Source: Felis catus (taxonomy: Eukaryota). From it: DNA of 64,000 nucleotides. Below the pieces are notes generated by a model. The model worked only from the letters and a program-made list of their open reading frames with translations, was not told the DNA's origin and did no database searches. Below, one piece after another: positions 1 through 13,997 of the stretch. The first letter of the stretch is position 1, and the number at the start of each line of letters is the position of its first letter. Both the position numbers and the translations under genes were made by a program. The stretch is taken from positions 20,214,001 through 20,278,000 of the forward strand of contig NC_058368.1 in the NCBI RefSeq assembly GCF_018350175.1. Reading direction: 5' to 3'.

Positions 1-526
1 TGGCTGGTGCCCCAGAACACTGCTAAATAATTGAGGTTATAGTGGATGATCTTGTCTTGTTTCTGACCTTTACTGAGAATTCTTCTACTATGTCCTAATT
101 AAGCTGACTTTTGGGCTGAGGGAGGGAGGGAGGAAGGGAGAGGAGGCAGAAGGAGAAGAAGGGGTTATTTTGTTATCTTAAAGAAGTGTACATCTATTTC
201 TTTAATGAAGGTTTTATATCAATAATAAGCAGTGATGAAATACACAGCCTGGCTGTGTAGTAGAGTGAATAAGCATTTGATTGAGACATCTGATTTGAAA
301 TGAATCTTCCTTTACCAGTCATGGCACAGCAAATCTTCCTGGTATATACAACTATGAGGCCTCTACTTTGTGTCACTAGAGAACCAAGAGAATCTCTTTA
401 TGTATTACTCACTGTGCCTCACCTGCCTCTCCCAACCAGTGGTGAGAAGCATGAACACTGCTCAGAAGTATTGTTATCAAAGGAAAGAAATGGTTGCAAA
501 GGAGCAAAGGAATGATTGAATGTTGG

Positions 527-1033
527 TGTATTAGTGTCCTATTGCTGCTGTAACAAGCGCAAATTTAGCAGCTTAAAACAACTCAATCTTACTTTCTTAT
601 AGTTCTACAATTCAGAAGTCTGAAATGGATCCCACTGGGCTAAAGTCAAGGTGTTGCCAGGGCCGTGTTCCTCCATGGAGGCTCAGGAGAGAATCTGTTT
701 TCTTTCCAGCTTCTACATGTTGTCTCCATTTTTTGACTCATGGGTCCACTTCTTCATCTTCAAAGCCAGCAACATGGCATATCCCTGATCATGCTTCTAC
801 AATCAACTTTTTCTCTGATTCTCTTCGTCTGCCTCTTCCTTCCACTTTCAAGGCCCATTGTGACTATATTGGGGCCCATATACCCCAATACTGGGGCCCA
901 CCCCAGCATTAGGTTCATTTAGTTTCCAACCTTAACTCCAGCTGCAACCTTAATTCCCCTTTGCATGTAACCCAACACACTCAGCAGGTCCAGAGATGAG
1001 GACATCTTTGGGGATCATTTTTCTGCCTACCAT
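527..1033 (-). mobile_element. MLT1-type (ERVL-MaLR) solo LTR
   Basis: Typical MLT1 text: tgtattagt..attgctgctgtaacaa..gcttaaaacaac..agaagtctgaaat..tcaaggtgttg..catcttcaaagccagcaa..gacatctttgggg..ttctgcctacca. Confidence 0.8.
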
Positions 1034-3929
1034 CGGTGGCATACATTTAGGGAGGGTCTGTGGACTCTGAATGGAGGCGACCAAAACTAAGGGAACTACA
1101 TGAAAAGGAGAGAAGGTGACTAGCGTTGAGGGATGACCGAGTTCTGGTACACTGTGCAAACCAGAAGCCATATGAGCCAAGCCAATGCCTATAGACCCTC
1201 CACTGACTTTTAACAAAAATTAATAAATTTTATTTCTTTGGACCATCTTACATTTATAGCAAAGTTGGCAGAAAATACAAAGAGTTCACATCTAATCCAC
1301 ATCCGCATACATGTACAGTCTCAACTGACTTTGAGGGAGCCCTACATGTCCCCTGTGCTGAGGGAGAGGTGATGGTTGTCCTTGTCACCAATATTTGGGG
1401 TGAAGTGGATGTGATGCCTGCTCTGGCCTTGATCAGATTCAATTTTGGCTTCTGTATGTGGCCACCCCTTTTTCCAATGACCCAAGGTACTTTCAGGACC
1501 CTGAAACAGAAGATAGGATCCTTAATGACTAGGGGGAGCAGAGACAGTAGTGCTGGAGAAAAAGTCCCCAACATCAGTATCGGTGAAGATAATTTCTATG
1601 GCACTCATACCAACGTTTAGATTCTTACTTTCCTTTGCTTTATATCAGATAAAGGCAGAATGCAATAACATGTCAAATAATTATCCAATCTGTTATGCCG
1701 AGGTGACATTTGGCTGGTTTGAATGGTTGTGGCTTGGAACTGCCGGTACCAGCCAACTGCCAGTGGCTTGGGACTCAAAGGCCAAATCAGGCCTGGGAAG
1801 TGGGTTTAGGATTCTCTGTAGTACGAACGGATTTGACTTGGATAAAATTCAAATGTATCGAAGTTGAGGGCCTGGCAGGGTCTAAGTGATCCCAGGGGGA
1901 GGGCTGAAGAGCCAGACCCTTTGTTTGATGACTTGGCCACATGGGGTCATATACGTGAAGGGCCAAGCTGGCTTCAGCGAGCTTCCCATGGGAGCTGCCT
2001 TTGTGGAGCCTTACAAATAAAGTGTGCCACAGTGAAGTGTGGTACAGTTCAGGGCCAAGGGCTTTCATAGCAAACTCCAAGGGATGGTTTGCAATCTTGG
2101 TTGCACCTGAACTAGATTGCATTTAATATTGCTCGACATGAATGGACTGCTGGCTGGGGCTGATCTTTTTGCTCCTTGGAAATTTTCGTTGTAATTGTTT
2201 TTCTGCAAAAGACTGTTTACGATGATGCTTTGAACCTATACTTCTTTTTCATCTCAATACCTCTGTCACTTCTGAGACAGTCTGGTGACAGTGTGCTTTA
2301 AGTGCTTCATCATGTGTCGCCTGGACTTTTTTCCTTTTTTATTTCACAGGTTTGGTAGAGGGGAGGGGGCCCCTGGACTTAGAAACAATAATAGTTTGTG
2401 GTCAAGTGTGAATATCTTGGATTGTTTAATTTGCCTTTGATCTCCAGGAGTCAACAAGATGCTAAATGCTTTATTAATCAATTAATCACTTAAATTTGGG
2501 GGTAAATCTAATACCTCATTAAACAGACAGGCAAAGAAAGCCTTATTATCCATTCCTTGTGCCTGTCATAGCACAAAAAGGAACACATGATAGCTTCTCA
2601 GGCTGTATTTAAGAGCCTTATTTATCAAAGTAGCAAAAGATCCTGATTTTCATCAGGACCTCAGAGTCCTTGCTGTGTGGACATTGGCTTTCACTGGTGC
2701 GTATCTCCCTGTCCCTTTCTTGCATGGGGCCTCTGACAGGCAGGTCTCGGTGCAGAGGCCCAATGTAGGATGTACTGCCTTTCTTGATTGAAAAAAAAAA
2801 AAAGTCAAATAGAATACTCCCAGTTTGTTACACGTGTGTTGGACTTTAGCATTTACAAAGCGCCATTATATGTAATATCTCCTAGAGACTCTTCAAATAG
2901 AGGAAACTACTCAGTGCTCCTGGGGAGTATTAATACACATTAATATGTATGTCGTATGTGTGCATACATCTCTATAGTATTTGAATGATTTATAATTTAC
3001 AAAACACTCCTACAAATATATCCTCTCAAGGAGAGGAAGCTACTTAGTGCTCCTGCTCCCTTGGGTATAAATAAATATTAAACTGGGCTTAAGAGCACCA
3101 GGATTGCTTCCTCTGTTAAATTAGACTCTTTACTTCAAACTTGGACCCCAGCAGTCTTGTAGCTTCACTGAGGACCGCTGATTTGTGCCAGGAAGGACAG
3201 CATTATTTTGCTAATATAAGGCAACTCCTCAACTCTTTCAGAGTTTTCCTTTGATATGCTCATGATTTCTTGCAGCTAGAAGAATAGAGCTTAAAGCAGT
3301 AGCTCTTTTGCAAGCTGTCATTAGTCTGCCTTTGGGATTTCCTGCCTAAATCTCTTGCTCTGTTTCCATTTTTAAGCCTCAGGTAAGTGGCTGTTCACTT
3401 CAGATACAAGTGAGTGTGTGGTGAGTCAGATGCCTGGTGGACGGATGTGCCTGCCATAGGGTATTGTACATCCATGGACGTCGTTTCTGAATTCCATTGT
3501 ATTTTCAGAGCTTCATTTCCCTTAGTGGTAAGGTACATCTTTTTCTGACGTTTCTTTTTTTTGTCATCGTGGTTCAATAGAGATTGAAACTACCATCAGG
3601 TGCTGAGTCTGCTCACATTTCTTGTCCCCCTCTGCTGCTTATTTTGGGTGCCGACCCTGACCCAGACTCTCTATTTGTTGACCCCTGCTCTACATTCAGA
3701 GGCCAATTCAATCTGCCTGTCGCTGGATCAGTGATGATAGTAATTATTCAACGAAGTGAGAATTATTGAAATAACTCTTTATTTGTAAGGCTGTCCATAC
3801 TTACAGCCTACGTCATCTGCTCTATTCTTCTTAAAAGGTTGACTAACTTTAAGGAAATCTGATGCTGGATCTCAAGAAACACCTTACGCTACACTTGTGA
3901 ATAATCTTAAAGTTTCTTTGACGTCCATT

Positions 3930-4315
3930 TTTGCTGCCTTCCTTTAGTAACGGAGCCAGGTGATTTTTAGCCTCCGCTCTCCACTAGGTGGCCTCCAGCC
4001 TTAAACTGCAGTTCTCTGCATCCTGTGCAGCTACGCGTGGCCATGAGACTGAGTGTGAGTCAGTGGGATATGAGTGGGATAATGTATGTGACTTCTGGGT
4101 TTCTACTTAAACATGTTTACTCTGGCTTCTCTTTTCCCTTCCCACCACCTGTAAAGACAGGAGCGACCTTGTAAGCCATGTGCCAAGGGCAGTGGAGCTG
4201 CTATAAGCCCCATTCCATTTTCCCCAGATCATTCACCAGTGGATGGTAGTGTTTGTTGAGTACAGCAGATTGGGCTGTTCTTCAATAGCAATGAGCACTC
4301 TTATGACGGAATACA
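3930..4315. mobile_element. Old ERVL-type LTR remnant (LTR16/LTR33-like)
   Basis: gcagctacgcgtggccatgagactgag...gtgacttctggg resembles the LTR16/33 core. Confidence 0.45.
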
Positions 4316-4519
4316 CTGAATTTCAGTGAGAGCCCTCTAGAAGGTAGAAGTTATAATGACTGGTGATTGCAACTGGTCCCTGGCCTTCATTCTCTCTTTT
4401 GACCAATCCTTTCTGCAAATGGCTGTCAACGAGAGGCCACTCTATGCTTCAAATCTTCAAATCTTGTGCCAGCTCCCAGACACCTGAAGTCCCGAATCCT
4501 TAGCATGGGATACATACTC

Positions 4520-4975
4520 CGTCAGTATTTGTTCGGGCTGAAAATAGAATTCCTGACCAAAAATAATGTAACAGAATTTTTAAAAATTAAAAAAAAATCA
4601 GGTTTTGGTCTTGTCTCCTAACAGGGAATCTAGAGGAAGGTGTTTCCTGATGGCTGGACTCTGGCTTGCCTTTGCTTTTGTTCTCTTGCCTTTTTTCTGA
4701 TAGTTACAAGATGGCTGCAATGAGAGAAGCTTCGTATTCGCCAACCTATCTGAATGTAAGAAGGGAAAGGGGCTCTAATTTTTTTTTTTTTTTTTACCAG
4801 GGAGGAAAATCTTTCCTAGAACCCCCTGGCAGACTTGCTCAGACCTCTTTGGCCAGACTGAATCATATGCCAATGCTTAGTGGCAAGTTGCCTGGGAAAG
4901 TGAGAATCTATTTTGGAAGAGAAACTCTATTTCTGATGCATAAGGGGAGCCGCCATGACTGTAGGGCAGGCAGTT
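4520..4975. mobile_element. Old MLT1 (J/K-like) LTR remnant
   Basis: caagatggctgc...aaatctttcctagaacccc..gcagacttgct..ttggccagactgaatcatatgcc..ctgggaaagtgag. Confidence 0.55.
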
Positions 4976-7900
4976 GAATGTTTGCTCCGAGAGCCTCACG
5001 TACTTTCCTGAAGCAAAAATATGACTGTAAGGTGAAACGTAAAAAATTTATTTCCTGTGACATAAGGCTGGTTGCAAACATTTCTTTTGAATTGTTATGA
5101 TTTATTGGCCAGAACACAACTTACCAAAACAACCTATAGTACAAATTTTGATAATGAGATAAAACAAATAAATTTGATTTTATTGGCAATGTATTTCTTA
5201 ATGCTCTTAGAACACATATAACAGAAGAGTATTATTTATTTCTGGAATGGGATAGAGTTTAGCTTCAACTGCATTCTGATTTTTATGTTGTGGATTTTGG
5301 TTTTGAGTAGCTTAGCTCACGAAAAGAAGTTGACGGAAATGGAAGGCATTTTATAACTGCAAGTTCAGGTGGTTCTTTGGACCCTTCTGAGGTCTGTGCT
5401 AAAATCCACCAGGTGATCTATAATAAAAATCAGATTCAAAGTTCCAGGTGGGTGCGAGGCATTCGGGAGAAAGGCAGGTGGAAAGGAGACCCTCCTAAGA
5501 CCTCCACCAAAGGTTGATAGATCAGTTATCAGCAGAGGGAAGAGGGCAGAGAAAGTTGAGAGCTGAAAATTGATTCTCTTAAAACCATCCGTGCTCAGTG
5601 TGCCTCTTGGAAAATGTTTGGAGACCCCAGTGATACATGTACCCCAGTTTAAAGACCACTGACTGTAAGGATCAAATGGGATAGTGCACATGAAAGCCTT
5701 TTGTGTGCTGTAAGAGTGTTACAAGTGACATTAATCATAATCTGTTGCATGGTTTGTTATTCCAAAATTGTGGCTACAACCCACAAGGAAAAAAGCACTA
5801 AGTACTTCATGTTCTAAGTCTTGAAAGCCACCCACTATCAGGCAAGTCAGCTCCCCCACTGGGCTTGCTAAGAACCACCCCCAACAACCCTCAAGATAAA
5901 AAAAGGTTGGAGGAAGGGAGTGAGAGGTCACTTTTTCTGGGTGTGTCGAGTGTGGTTGGAGCAGGTGGGGAAGGTGATGGGAGAGGGTATCCCCTTGTCT
6001 TCTGCCTGGGTATCTGTTTTTCCATGGTGTTTGCTGATTAAGTCTGGTCTATGCGAACAGAAGGAAGAGGCTTGGGGGGAGCCACTGTTACCCCTGAGGT
6101 CCCTATTCTAGACACATAGAAGACATAACCTGCCCGGGTGCTCTGACCCAGGGGGCCAGACAAAACTGGGGTCTGTAGGTTTGCCAGGCTGCGGAGTGGG
6201 GCGAAACGGCTCACCCGATGGTGTGAAGTCACCAGCTAGGGACAGCCAGGCCACAGGGTCACGCCACTGTCAATAGTAGGAGGGAGATGCCTGGGGATGT
6301 GTCTTCTGCCAGCAAAGCTTGGGGACCACAAATCAGATCGGTGATAATGACCAATAAAAGGTGGAGAGTGACCTCAGTTCCACCACCATGCAATTGCTAC
6401 GGATGGAATTGTCTTTTGGCCTTCTTACCCTCTTTCCTAGTCCAATACCTGGAGAACAGGCCCAGGAAAGGGGATGGGAATTCAGGCCACACAAATCCCT
6501 CTGTTAACTCCACAAAGTGTTGCTCAGCTTGCAACAACTCCAAGTTCAGGGACATCACCTTGGCAGCTTCAAATCTGCCTGGTGGGACTATTTATACCAC
6601 AAGAACAGCAAAAGCTAGAGGTCAGTGCTTCTCCCCTTTCTTCCAAGTTGAGATGGGTGTTAGGGTGTCTAACGTCCAGCAGCGCATCACTGACTCCAAG
6701 TCCCTGGGCCCAGGAACGTAGCATGTGGTGGCGGGGAAGAATGTAAGTCAAATATGAATCTGTGATTTAAAAATGGACAGGGCTGAGTAACCAAAATGAA
6801 ACTATGTTAATAATAGAAAGTGATTGAAAGCTGTTAATAGGACTAAAATGTCCTTACCCCGCAGAAGAGTAGAGTTTGGTAACGAATGATGGTACATTCG
6901 AAAAATAATCTGTCTTAGGACTATATTTCATAAATTGAAGATCCACAATCAAATTGTACGTCTCCTCTCAACACAACAGTAGATACTAAAAAGGGCCCAT
7001 TTAAATCAAGAGCTGCTGAACACGGTAAAGTGTCAAGGTCTTAAGGAATTGCTCCCTAACATGATCTAGTGGGCCTCAAGCCTTTTTTCTCCCCTTAGAT
7101 TTAGCCGCTGTGGCCCCTTGACCACAAAGCAGCCCCGAGGGGTTAGAGGCCTTGCCTGGCCTCCAGCCCGAGGCAGACTCCTGCTTGGCTAAGCTGCTTC
7201 TGGCTCCAGAAGTGGATTCTACAGCAGGATCAGGATCACCCTCCCTCTGGTACTTGGGCTAGGCCATTTCTAAGGATGAGCAGCTGTGCAGAGAATTAGT
7301 TCTTTTGCAGAACAGAATCCTTTAACGAGACTAATTGTTTTTATAATAGGACTTTCACAGGAGAAGAAAAAACCCCTCTCATAAAAGCAAATGGATTCTC
7401 TGCTCAGAATGCACATCTTCTGCCCAGCAGGTACTGAATTGCAGATGGTGTTTTCACATTCCCAACTGGGTATTTAATGAAGAGGGAAAAGGGTCTAGCC
7501 TTCCTCCTCTCTCCCTGCCACTAACACTGGCGAACGTACTTCTGTTCCTTGAGATTCACTCCGAGAAGGAGAAAAATCTATTTTAAACAAAGGTAAAAGA
7601 TTCAAGATTCAGATGGAATTTAAATCCGGTGGGGGAAGGAAACTGCATAGTTGTTTCCAGGCTGACAATATTTTAGGAACCAAGCCTGTTGTCCATAAGC
7701 TGCCGATTCCAGGTGATTTCAGAAACACTGGGAAGGCGTCTGTCTGGTTAGGGCTGAGCTCGGCTGACACAGCAGCATAACCAAACGGGATCTATCTTTT
7801 CACACAACGAAACGTACGGCGTGGACAGCCCAGGGCCGATGTAGCTCCTCGACAAAGCTACTGTGGGCCTAGGTCCCGTCTAGCTTCCAGCTCCTTCTTT

Positions 7901-8064
7901 AGTATGGACCGCCTGTACTTGGAGTGTGGCAGGCTGACCTCCCTTCCTCTCGATATTGCTCCCCAGGTGCAGACGGGAAGAAGGGCAACTGGCAGAGTCC
8001 AAAAGCGATGGGTCATGAGCCAGGGTTTTTGCTTCTCGCTATCTACCCAAGTTAGTTAAAAACT

Positions 8065-8683
8065 GCTATTCATAAAAAAAAACCTGCACCCAGATTTTTC
8101 CGGCAGCTTTATTCATAATTGCCACTGGAAGCAACCAGTATGCCCTGCAGCAGGTGAATGGATAAACAAATTGGCACATCCAGGTGAAGGAATATTGTTC
8201 AGTGCTCAAAAGAAGTGAGCTACAAAGCCGCGAAAAGACACGGAGGGACTTTCAACCCACGTTGCCAAGTGAAAGATGCCAATCTGAGAAGGCTGTGTGT
8301 ACTGTGTGATTCCGATACCTGACATTCTGGAAGAGGCAAAACTGCGGAGACAGCGAAGTCAGTGGTTGCTAGGGGATGTCGGGGAGAGAAGGACGAATAG
8401 AAAGGACACAGGAATTTTAGGGCAGTGAAACTTCTGTGTGAAGCTCTGGTGGTGAATACATGTCATCATACATTTGCCAAGATCCATAGAGTATATACAC
8501 TGGCAGGAATGAGCCTACTGCAAACTAGACTTCAGATGCGAACGATGGTTTCATGAGGTTCATCAGTTGGAACAAATGTACCACTCTGGGGCAAGCGTTC
8601 ATGCGTGAGGGCAGCTGGTATACAGGAACTCTGGACTTGGTGCTCAACATGCTGTGTACCTAAAATGGCTCTAAAAATAAAAT
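8065..8683 (+). mobile_element. Old L1 (L1M) 3' end fragment
   Basis: gcagctttattcataattgcca..ggaagcaacc..gtgaatggataaacaaa..gaaagatgccaatctgagaaggct..ctctaaaaataaaat. Confidence 0.8.
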
Positions 8684-8909
8684 CGGGTGGGTCAGTTGGT
8701 TATGCGTCCGACTCTTGGTTTCGCCTCAGGTCATGATCGCACAGTTTGTGGGACTGAGCCTCGCACGGGGCTCTGTGCTGACAGCGTGGAATCTGCTTGG
8801 GATTCTCTCTCCCTCTCCCTCTCTGTCTGCCCCTCCCCTACTCCCCTACTTGCGCGCTCTCTCTGCCTCAAAATAAATACACTTAAAAAAAATCTACTTA
8901 AAAAAAAAG
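8684..8909 (+). mobile_element. Can-SINE
   Basis: tRNA-like head, (CT)n tract and AATAAA/A-rich tail. Confidence 0.9.
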
Positions 8910-9077
8910 TAATGGGCCGATTGAGTCTAACCCTTTTCATCAATAAAATAGTAACTTCTCCAGAAATCCTATCCAGTAGACTTCTGTTTGTATCTCATTA
9001 GCCCAAACTGGGTCACATGACCATCCCAGGCTGAGTGACTATTTTATAATTGATTGTTGTCCTTTTTGCCCCCTTCC

Positions 9078-10242
9078 AGGTTTATTGAGACATAATCAAC
9101 AAACAGCCCGGCATGTTTAAGGTGTACTGCATAATAATTAATATGTGTGTTATAAATGATTACCCCATTAGTTTAGCTAATATCCATCTCCTATGGTTAC
9201 AAAATTTTTTTTCCCTAGTAATGAGACTTTACACCCTTAGCAACTTTCAGGTATGCCACACAGCAATACTAATTATGTTCATGATGTTGTATATTCTGTT
9301 CCCAGTACTTATTTATCTTAAAAATTTTTTTTTACATTTATTTTTGAAAGACAGAGAGAGACAGAGACAGAGAGGGAGAGTGCAAGTGGGGAAGGGGCAG
9401 AGAGAGAGGGGGAGACACAGAATCCAAAGCAGGCTCCAGGCTCTGAGCTGTCAGCCCAGAGACCAATGCGGGGCTCGAAACCACAAACCGTGAGATCGTG
9501 ACCTGAGCTGAAGTTGGACACCCAACCGACTGAGCCACCCAGGCGCCCCCTCCCCCCCAGTACTTATTTATCTTGTAACTGGAAGTTTGTACCTTTGGAT
9601 CACCTTCATCCAATTCCCCCACCCCTAATCCTCCTGCCTTGGTAACCACAAATCTGACATCTGATTCTATGAGTTTCTATTGTTTTTGTTTTTAAGGTTT
9701 CACATGTAAGTGAAATCCTGCAGTATTTCTTTCTCTCACTCATTTCACTTAGCATCATGCCCTTGAGGTCCATCCCTGCTGTGGCAGAGAGCAGACTTTC
9801 TTTTTTATGGCTCAATAGTATTCTGTTTATATAGATTCACTTTTTCTTTATTCATTCATCAGTTGATGGATACTTCAGTTGTTTCCATGTCTTGGCTACA
9901 TAAACGTGGGGATGCAGATATCTCTTTGGCATAGTGGTTTCATTTCTTTTGGATATATACCCAGAAGTGGAATCGCTGGATTATATGGTAGTTTCATTTT
10001 TGATTTTTGAGGAACCTCCATACTGTTTTCCATAGTGGTTGGACTGATTTACATTCCCCTCAATAGTGCACAAGGGTTCCTTTTTCTGTATCCCTGCCAG
10101 TATTTGTTATTTATTATCTTTTTAATAATAGTCCTTCTAACAGGTATGAGGTGTGATTAGTGGTATGGAACACCTTTTCATGTACCTGTTGGACATTTGA
10201 GTATCTTCTTTGGAAAAATGTCTTTTCAGGTCTTTTGCTCAT
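9078..10242 (-). mobile_element. L1 3' end (carnivore/L1MA-type), interrupted by a SINE
   Basis: Reverse complement of the L1 ORF2 C-terminus and 3'UTR, e.g. ggatatatacccagaagtggaatcgctggattatatggtag. Confidence 0.85.
9320..9550 (-). mobile_element. Can-SINE (feline type) with 19-bp TSD
   Basis: Perfect TSD cccagtacttatttatctt at 9301-9319 and 9556-9574. Confidence 0.95.
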
Positions 10243-10288
10243 TTAAAAAATATTTATTTTGAGAGAGTGTGAGCAGAAGAGGGACAGA

Positions 10289-10334
<46 letters not shown>

Positions 10335-10472
10335 AGGGAGAGAGAGAATCCCAAGTAAGCTCCATGCTTGGCACAGAGCCTGACACAGAACTTGACCTCA
10401 CAACCCTGGGATCACGATCTGAGCCGAAATCCAGGGTCAGATGCTCAACTGGCTGAGCCACCCAGGCGCCCG
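10243..10472 (-). mobile_element. Can-SINE containing a (CA)n microsatellite (~10289-10331)
   Basis: SINE head gagccacccaggcgccc and an internal CA repeat. Confidence 0.9.
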
Positions 10473-12569
10473 TAGTGGTGACAATTTTTAAAAAGTACAT
10501 TGCCGTCTTCTCCCACCCAAACTGCAATCCCACCCAAATTGCAAAACAATGAGAGAACGGATACTGGATACACAATCCAATGTCTTTTGCCTGATGGAAG
10601 TGTTTGCCACAGCCTCCCTTCTTGCCAACTCGAAAATATTTGTCCCGTTGGCTGCCTGCTTACCAAAAAAGCAGCCAATTGGCCTATTGTCCTTTTTACT
10701 TAAAGTACTGTTTTCTATCAGAGAGCAGAATCCCTGGGAAGGTAGCATCCAAGCATTTTTTGTCAGTCACATTTCAGAATGAGTAACTGCGTACAGATTC
10801 TTAGTTTTCCTCAAGGTGTAGGTGTCCAGAAGCACCCCACTTGGAGTCTGGGGCCCTTGCCCCAGACTTGCGTCTGTGGCTGTAGGGGATACTGCCTCCT
10901 GGTCAGAAGATGCAAAGCCAAGTCCAGCGTTACTGTGCCCTAAGCTGATACAAGAGGCCAGCTCGCACTGTGCCTTTGCCATGGACATTTGTTACGAACG
11001 TGGCCTCCCACATCCTTGAACGATATTATGATATTTGTCTGCTTCCCAAAGGGAGAAGGCAGAACTCATTCCCCCCACCTGGCAGTTGAGGGCACAGGCT
11101 TGTGAAGAGGCACCCACAGAGAGCTGCTCCTGGATCAGAGCATGTGAGCAAGCTCGTGCTCGTGGGATCTGTTCCTGGAAAGAATGGCGGGCTGGCTCTG
11201 GGGAAAGAACTGTAAGCTTTGAGGGGGCTGTGAGTTGGTCTCTTAGCGGCAGCAGCAGAGGGTCTTTGCTGAAATTGTCCCAGGTTGGAGTCTGGGTGTG
11301 GTTCCCGGCTGCATAACCTCTAACCTGACCCGTTGGCCCTCCCAGAGGTTTGGTGAGCAAACTAATGTCATTCACAAGTTCTGGCTATTTAAACAAGCTA
11401 GAGTGGGTACTGTTGTTTGGAATTCCTAGCCCTGCCTGGCACAACCTTACAACCTGCCGTCCATAGGCCACTATCCAAAATGCAAGACGCTTTGGACCTT
11501 TATCCTCTTCCACGCTTGCATGATCACCATGCTCTGTGCTTTGTCGGGGGCCGCCTTCTCCCCTCACGGGTCTGCTTAGTGATCCCTTAAATACTACAGT
11601 GAAGTTCCTTCACTCTTGGACCCTCTATTGTCTGGCTAAATTTAGATCCTAGATCCCCCTCCTGTGTAGAGGGGGTGTGGTCATTCTTCCCTGCCCCACA
11701 CACATGGAAGCTAGCATGGAGAAGAGGGCCAGCATCTCTATCCATTTCTCTTCTCTCTTTGTGGATGACATCTGTGCCTTTCAAGTGAAAACCCTCTGGA
11801 GAGATCTTTTCATCCATTACATCTTAAAGCCCCAGCTTATAGGAATCACACACAGCTCTGCTTATCTGGCTTTTCCATGGGGTGGCTGCCTTGGGTGATT
11901 GGTCACATTATCCATTCAGATTCCATTCCTCCAGGGACCAGATCTCAGACCATGTTTCTTCATACTTGAAAGCCTTGAGTCTAGTGTGCTGTTCTGCACG
12001 TAGTAGGCTCTCAGTAACTGCTTATTTAATGCCCTTTTTAGTGGACCTAAATCTTTTCGCTCACTCTCTCCTTATTTTCATAGTTTCCATATCGTGAGTC
12101 TCACCTTCCCAAGAAAAATGTCCCTAGGATACATCTCGCAGCCTCCCTTTCTACCTACGGGTGGACACGTGATTCAAAGTCCCCTAATTAGAAGCACTCA
12201 CAGAAGATCTGAATGGAAAATCAGCAATGGCAGGCGACACAGGGAGACTGATCTCTTGGCAAGCATGGCGGCAGAGGCCTCTGGCTCTTCTGGGGCAGTT
12301 TCAGTGGAGAATCTGATGTCCAGTCCTGGGCATAATCTGCGCCAGTCACGGGTCAGAGCAGCAGCGGTGTTTCTGCCGGAAGAATGCCACAGAGCAGTTT
12401 GGCATCGCTCCTGGCTGCATTATTCCTGGCTGTGTGGCAGTCAAGCCTGGGTCTCTGCCTCTTCCAGAGACTCTGCCTGGCATCCTTTAAGAAATCTCTT
12501 TCCAGATTCAAGTAAGAGACTGGATTCTGTTGCTTGCGGCTGAGAACGACTTCGAACCAAGCGGTGGGG

Positions 12570-12810
12570 AGGAAGTACAGTGTAGTGATTAAGAGCCTGG
12601 TCTTTGGAATCAGACAGATCTGGGTCTGAAACTTGACCCAGCCGTTAACTAGCTGTATGCCATTGGACAGCTTACAAAATCCCACCGAATCTCTGTTCTC
12701 TCATAGATCAAATCAAAGCTATCACACTGGGTTGTTCTGAGGATTAAAAATAGAATTATTATAAAGCTTTTAGCATGGTGCCTGGCACGTAGTTGATACT
12801 CAGTAAATGA
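12570..12810 (+). mobile_element. MIR
   Basis: tgtagtgattaagagc..ctttggaatcagacagatctgggt..tgaggattaaa..gtgcctggcacgtag..ctcagtaaatg. Confidence 0.8.
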
Positions 12811-13997
12811 AAGGGTAACTTTTCCAGTGAACCATACATATATTTTCTCTTTTAACCTACTAGATTATTTAAAAACGTTTTTTTTTTTCCAGTCATAAAG
12901 ATGAAAAGCAAAAGGTTAGAAGTGGCTGGAAGTAAAAGCTCCTCCTTCTGTCCCCTGTAGATATTTTTCCACCTGTCATGTTTCAGAGGGCGTTTGGAAT
13001 TCTCCAGAAGCCAGTAATGGGGTCAGGTACTGTCTCTCTAGAATGTGGTCAGGTCTTTCTACACTAGACGTTGGTTTTATCACTGGCTCTGATTAGGCTA
13101 ATGCTACAGTGACCCTGAAAGTAGTAATTTGGACGGGACAGAGGGGGAAGAACAAAAAAAACGGTATCAGTCATGACTTCCTCGAGCCTTTTGCAAAGAT
13201 ATTTTATTCCACATTGTAAAAACAGCTTCTGCTTAATTCATATCTCTTTGTTCCTTCATCATGCATTTTTCCTTCTTGTTTAAATCTTTCCTCCTGGTCT
13301 CCCTCTCCATTTGGTCCAAACATCCTCTTCGGTTATTTCTGGTTCAGCCGTTTAGAACATGCTGATTTATGGTGCCTTGCTAAAGATATGTGGTAGGGGA
13401 GGAAGCTGCCAAATGCAATGGAAGACATTTGCAATTCAGCAGAACGGCCTTAACTACAGTGCTATGTTTCCGCTGCAGGAATTTTAGACAGTGTCATTAA
13501 ATGAGCAGACAAAAATCCAGACAGGCAGGATGGTTGCTTTGAGGACCCTCTATTTGTGATAGGAAAATCAAATACTCCCATTCCGAAATTGATTGTGCTT
13601 AGCTGGGGAAAGGCTGGATGAACTCTGATGGTCCGAGGGAACTCTGTGACAGGCTTTGCGCAAGTGGCCCTCATTCAGGAGTGAAATCCGTGTGTGGGAC
13701 CATGGGACTCGTTTGCCTGTGCATTCCAGATGCCTCATCTCGTTGCTTCATTTGTTCTGATGACCCCTGGGCTCAGCTGCATGCTCCCAGCCCTCTACTC
13801 CACTCCTGATTCCAGAGGTAGACATTATAACTCTCCAAAGAGAGCAAATGAAAATGAATTTTGTTTTGAAAATTTCGTGACCTCTATCGACCTAATTGAA
13901 AATGTCACAGATCTGATTTTTGTAAACTATGTGATCGTGCACACATTATGATGCCTTTTCAATGCCTGATCGTGCTAATTTGTGATCAGTGTTTTAA

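Noticed and set aside
3981..3993. CTCF-like CCACTAGGTGGCC
   Set aside because: It mismatches after the GGC, lies inside an old LTR remnant, and is weaker than the site at 23855.
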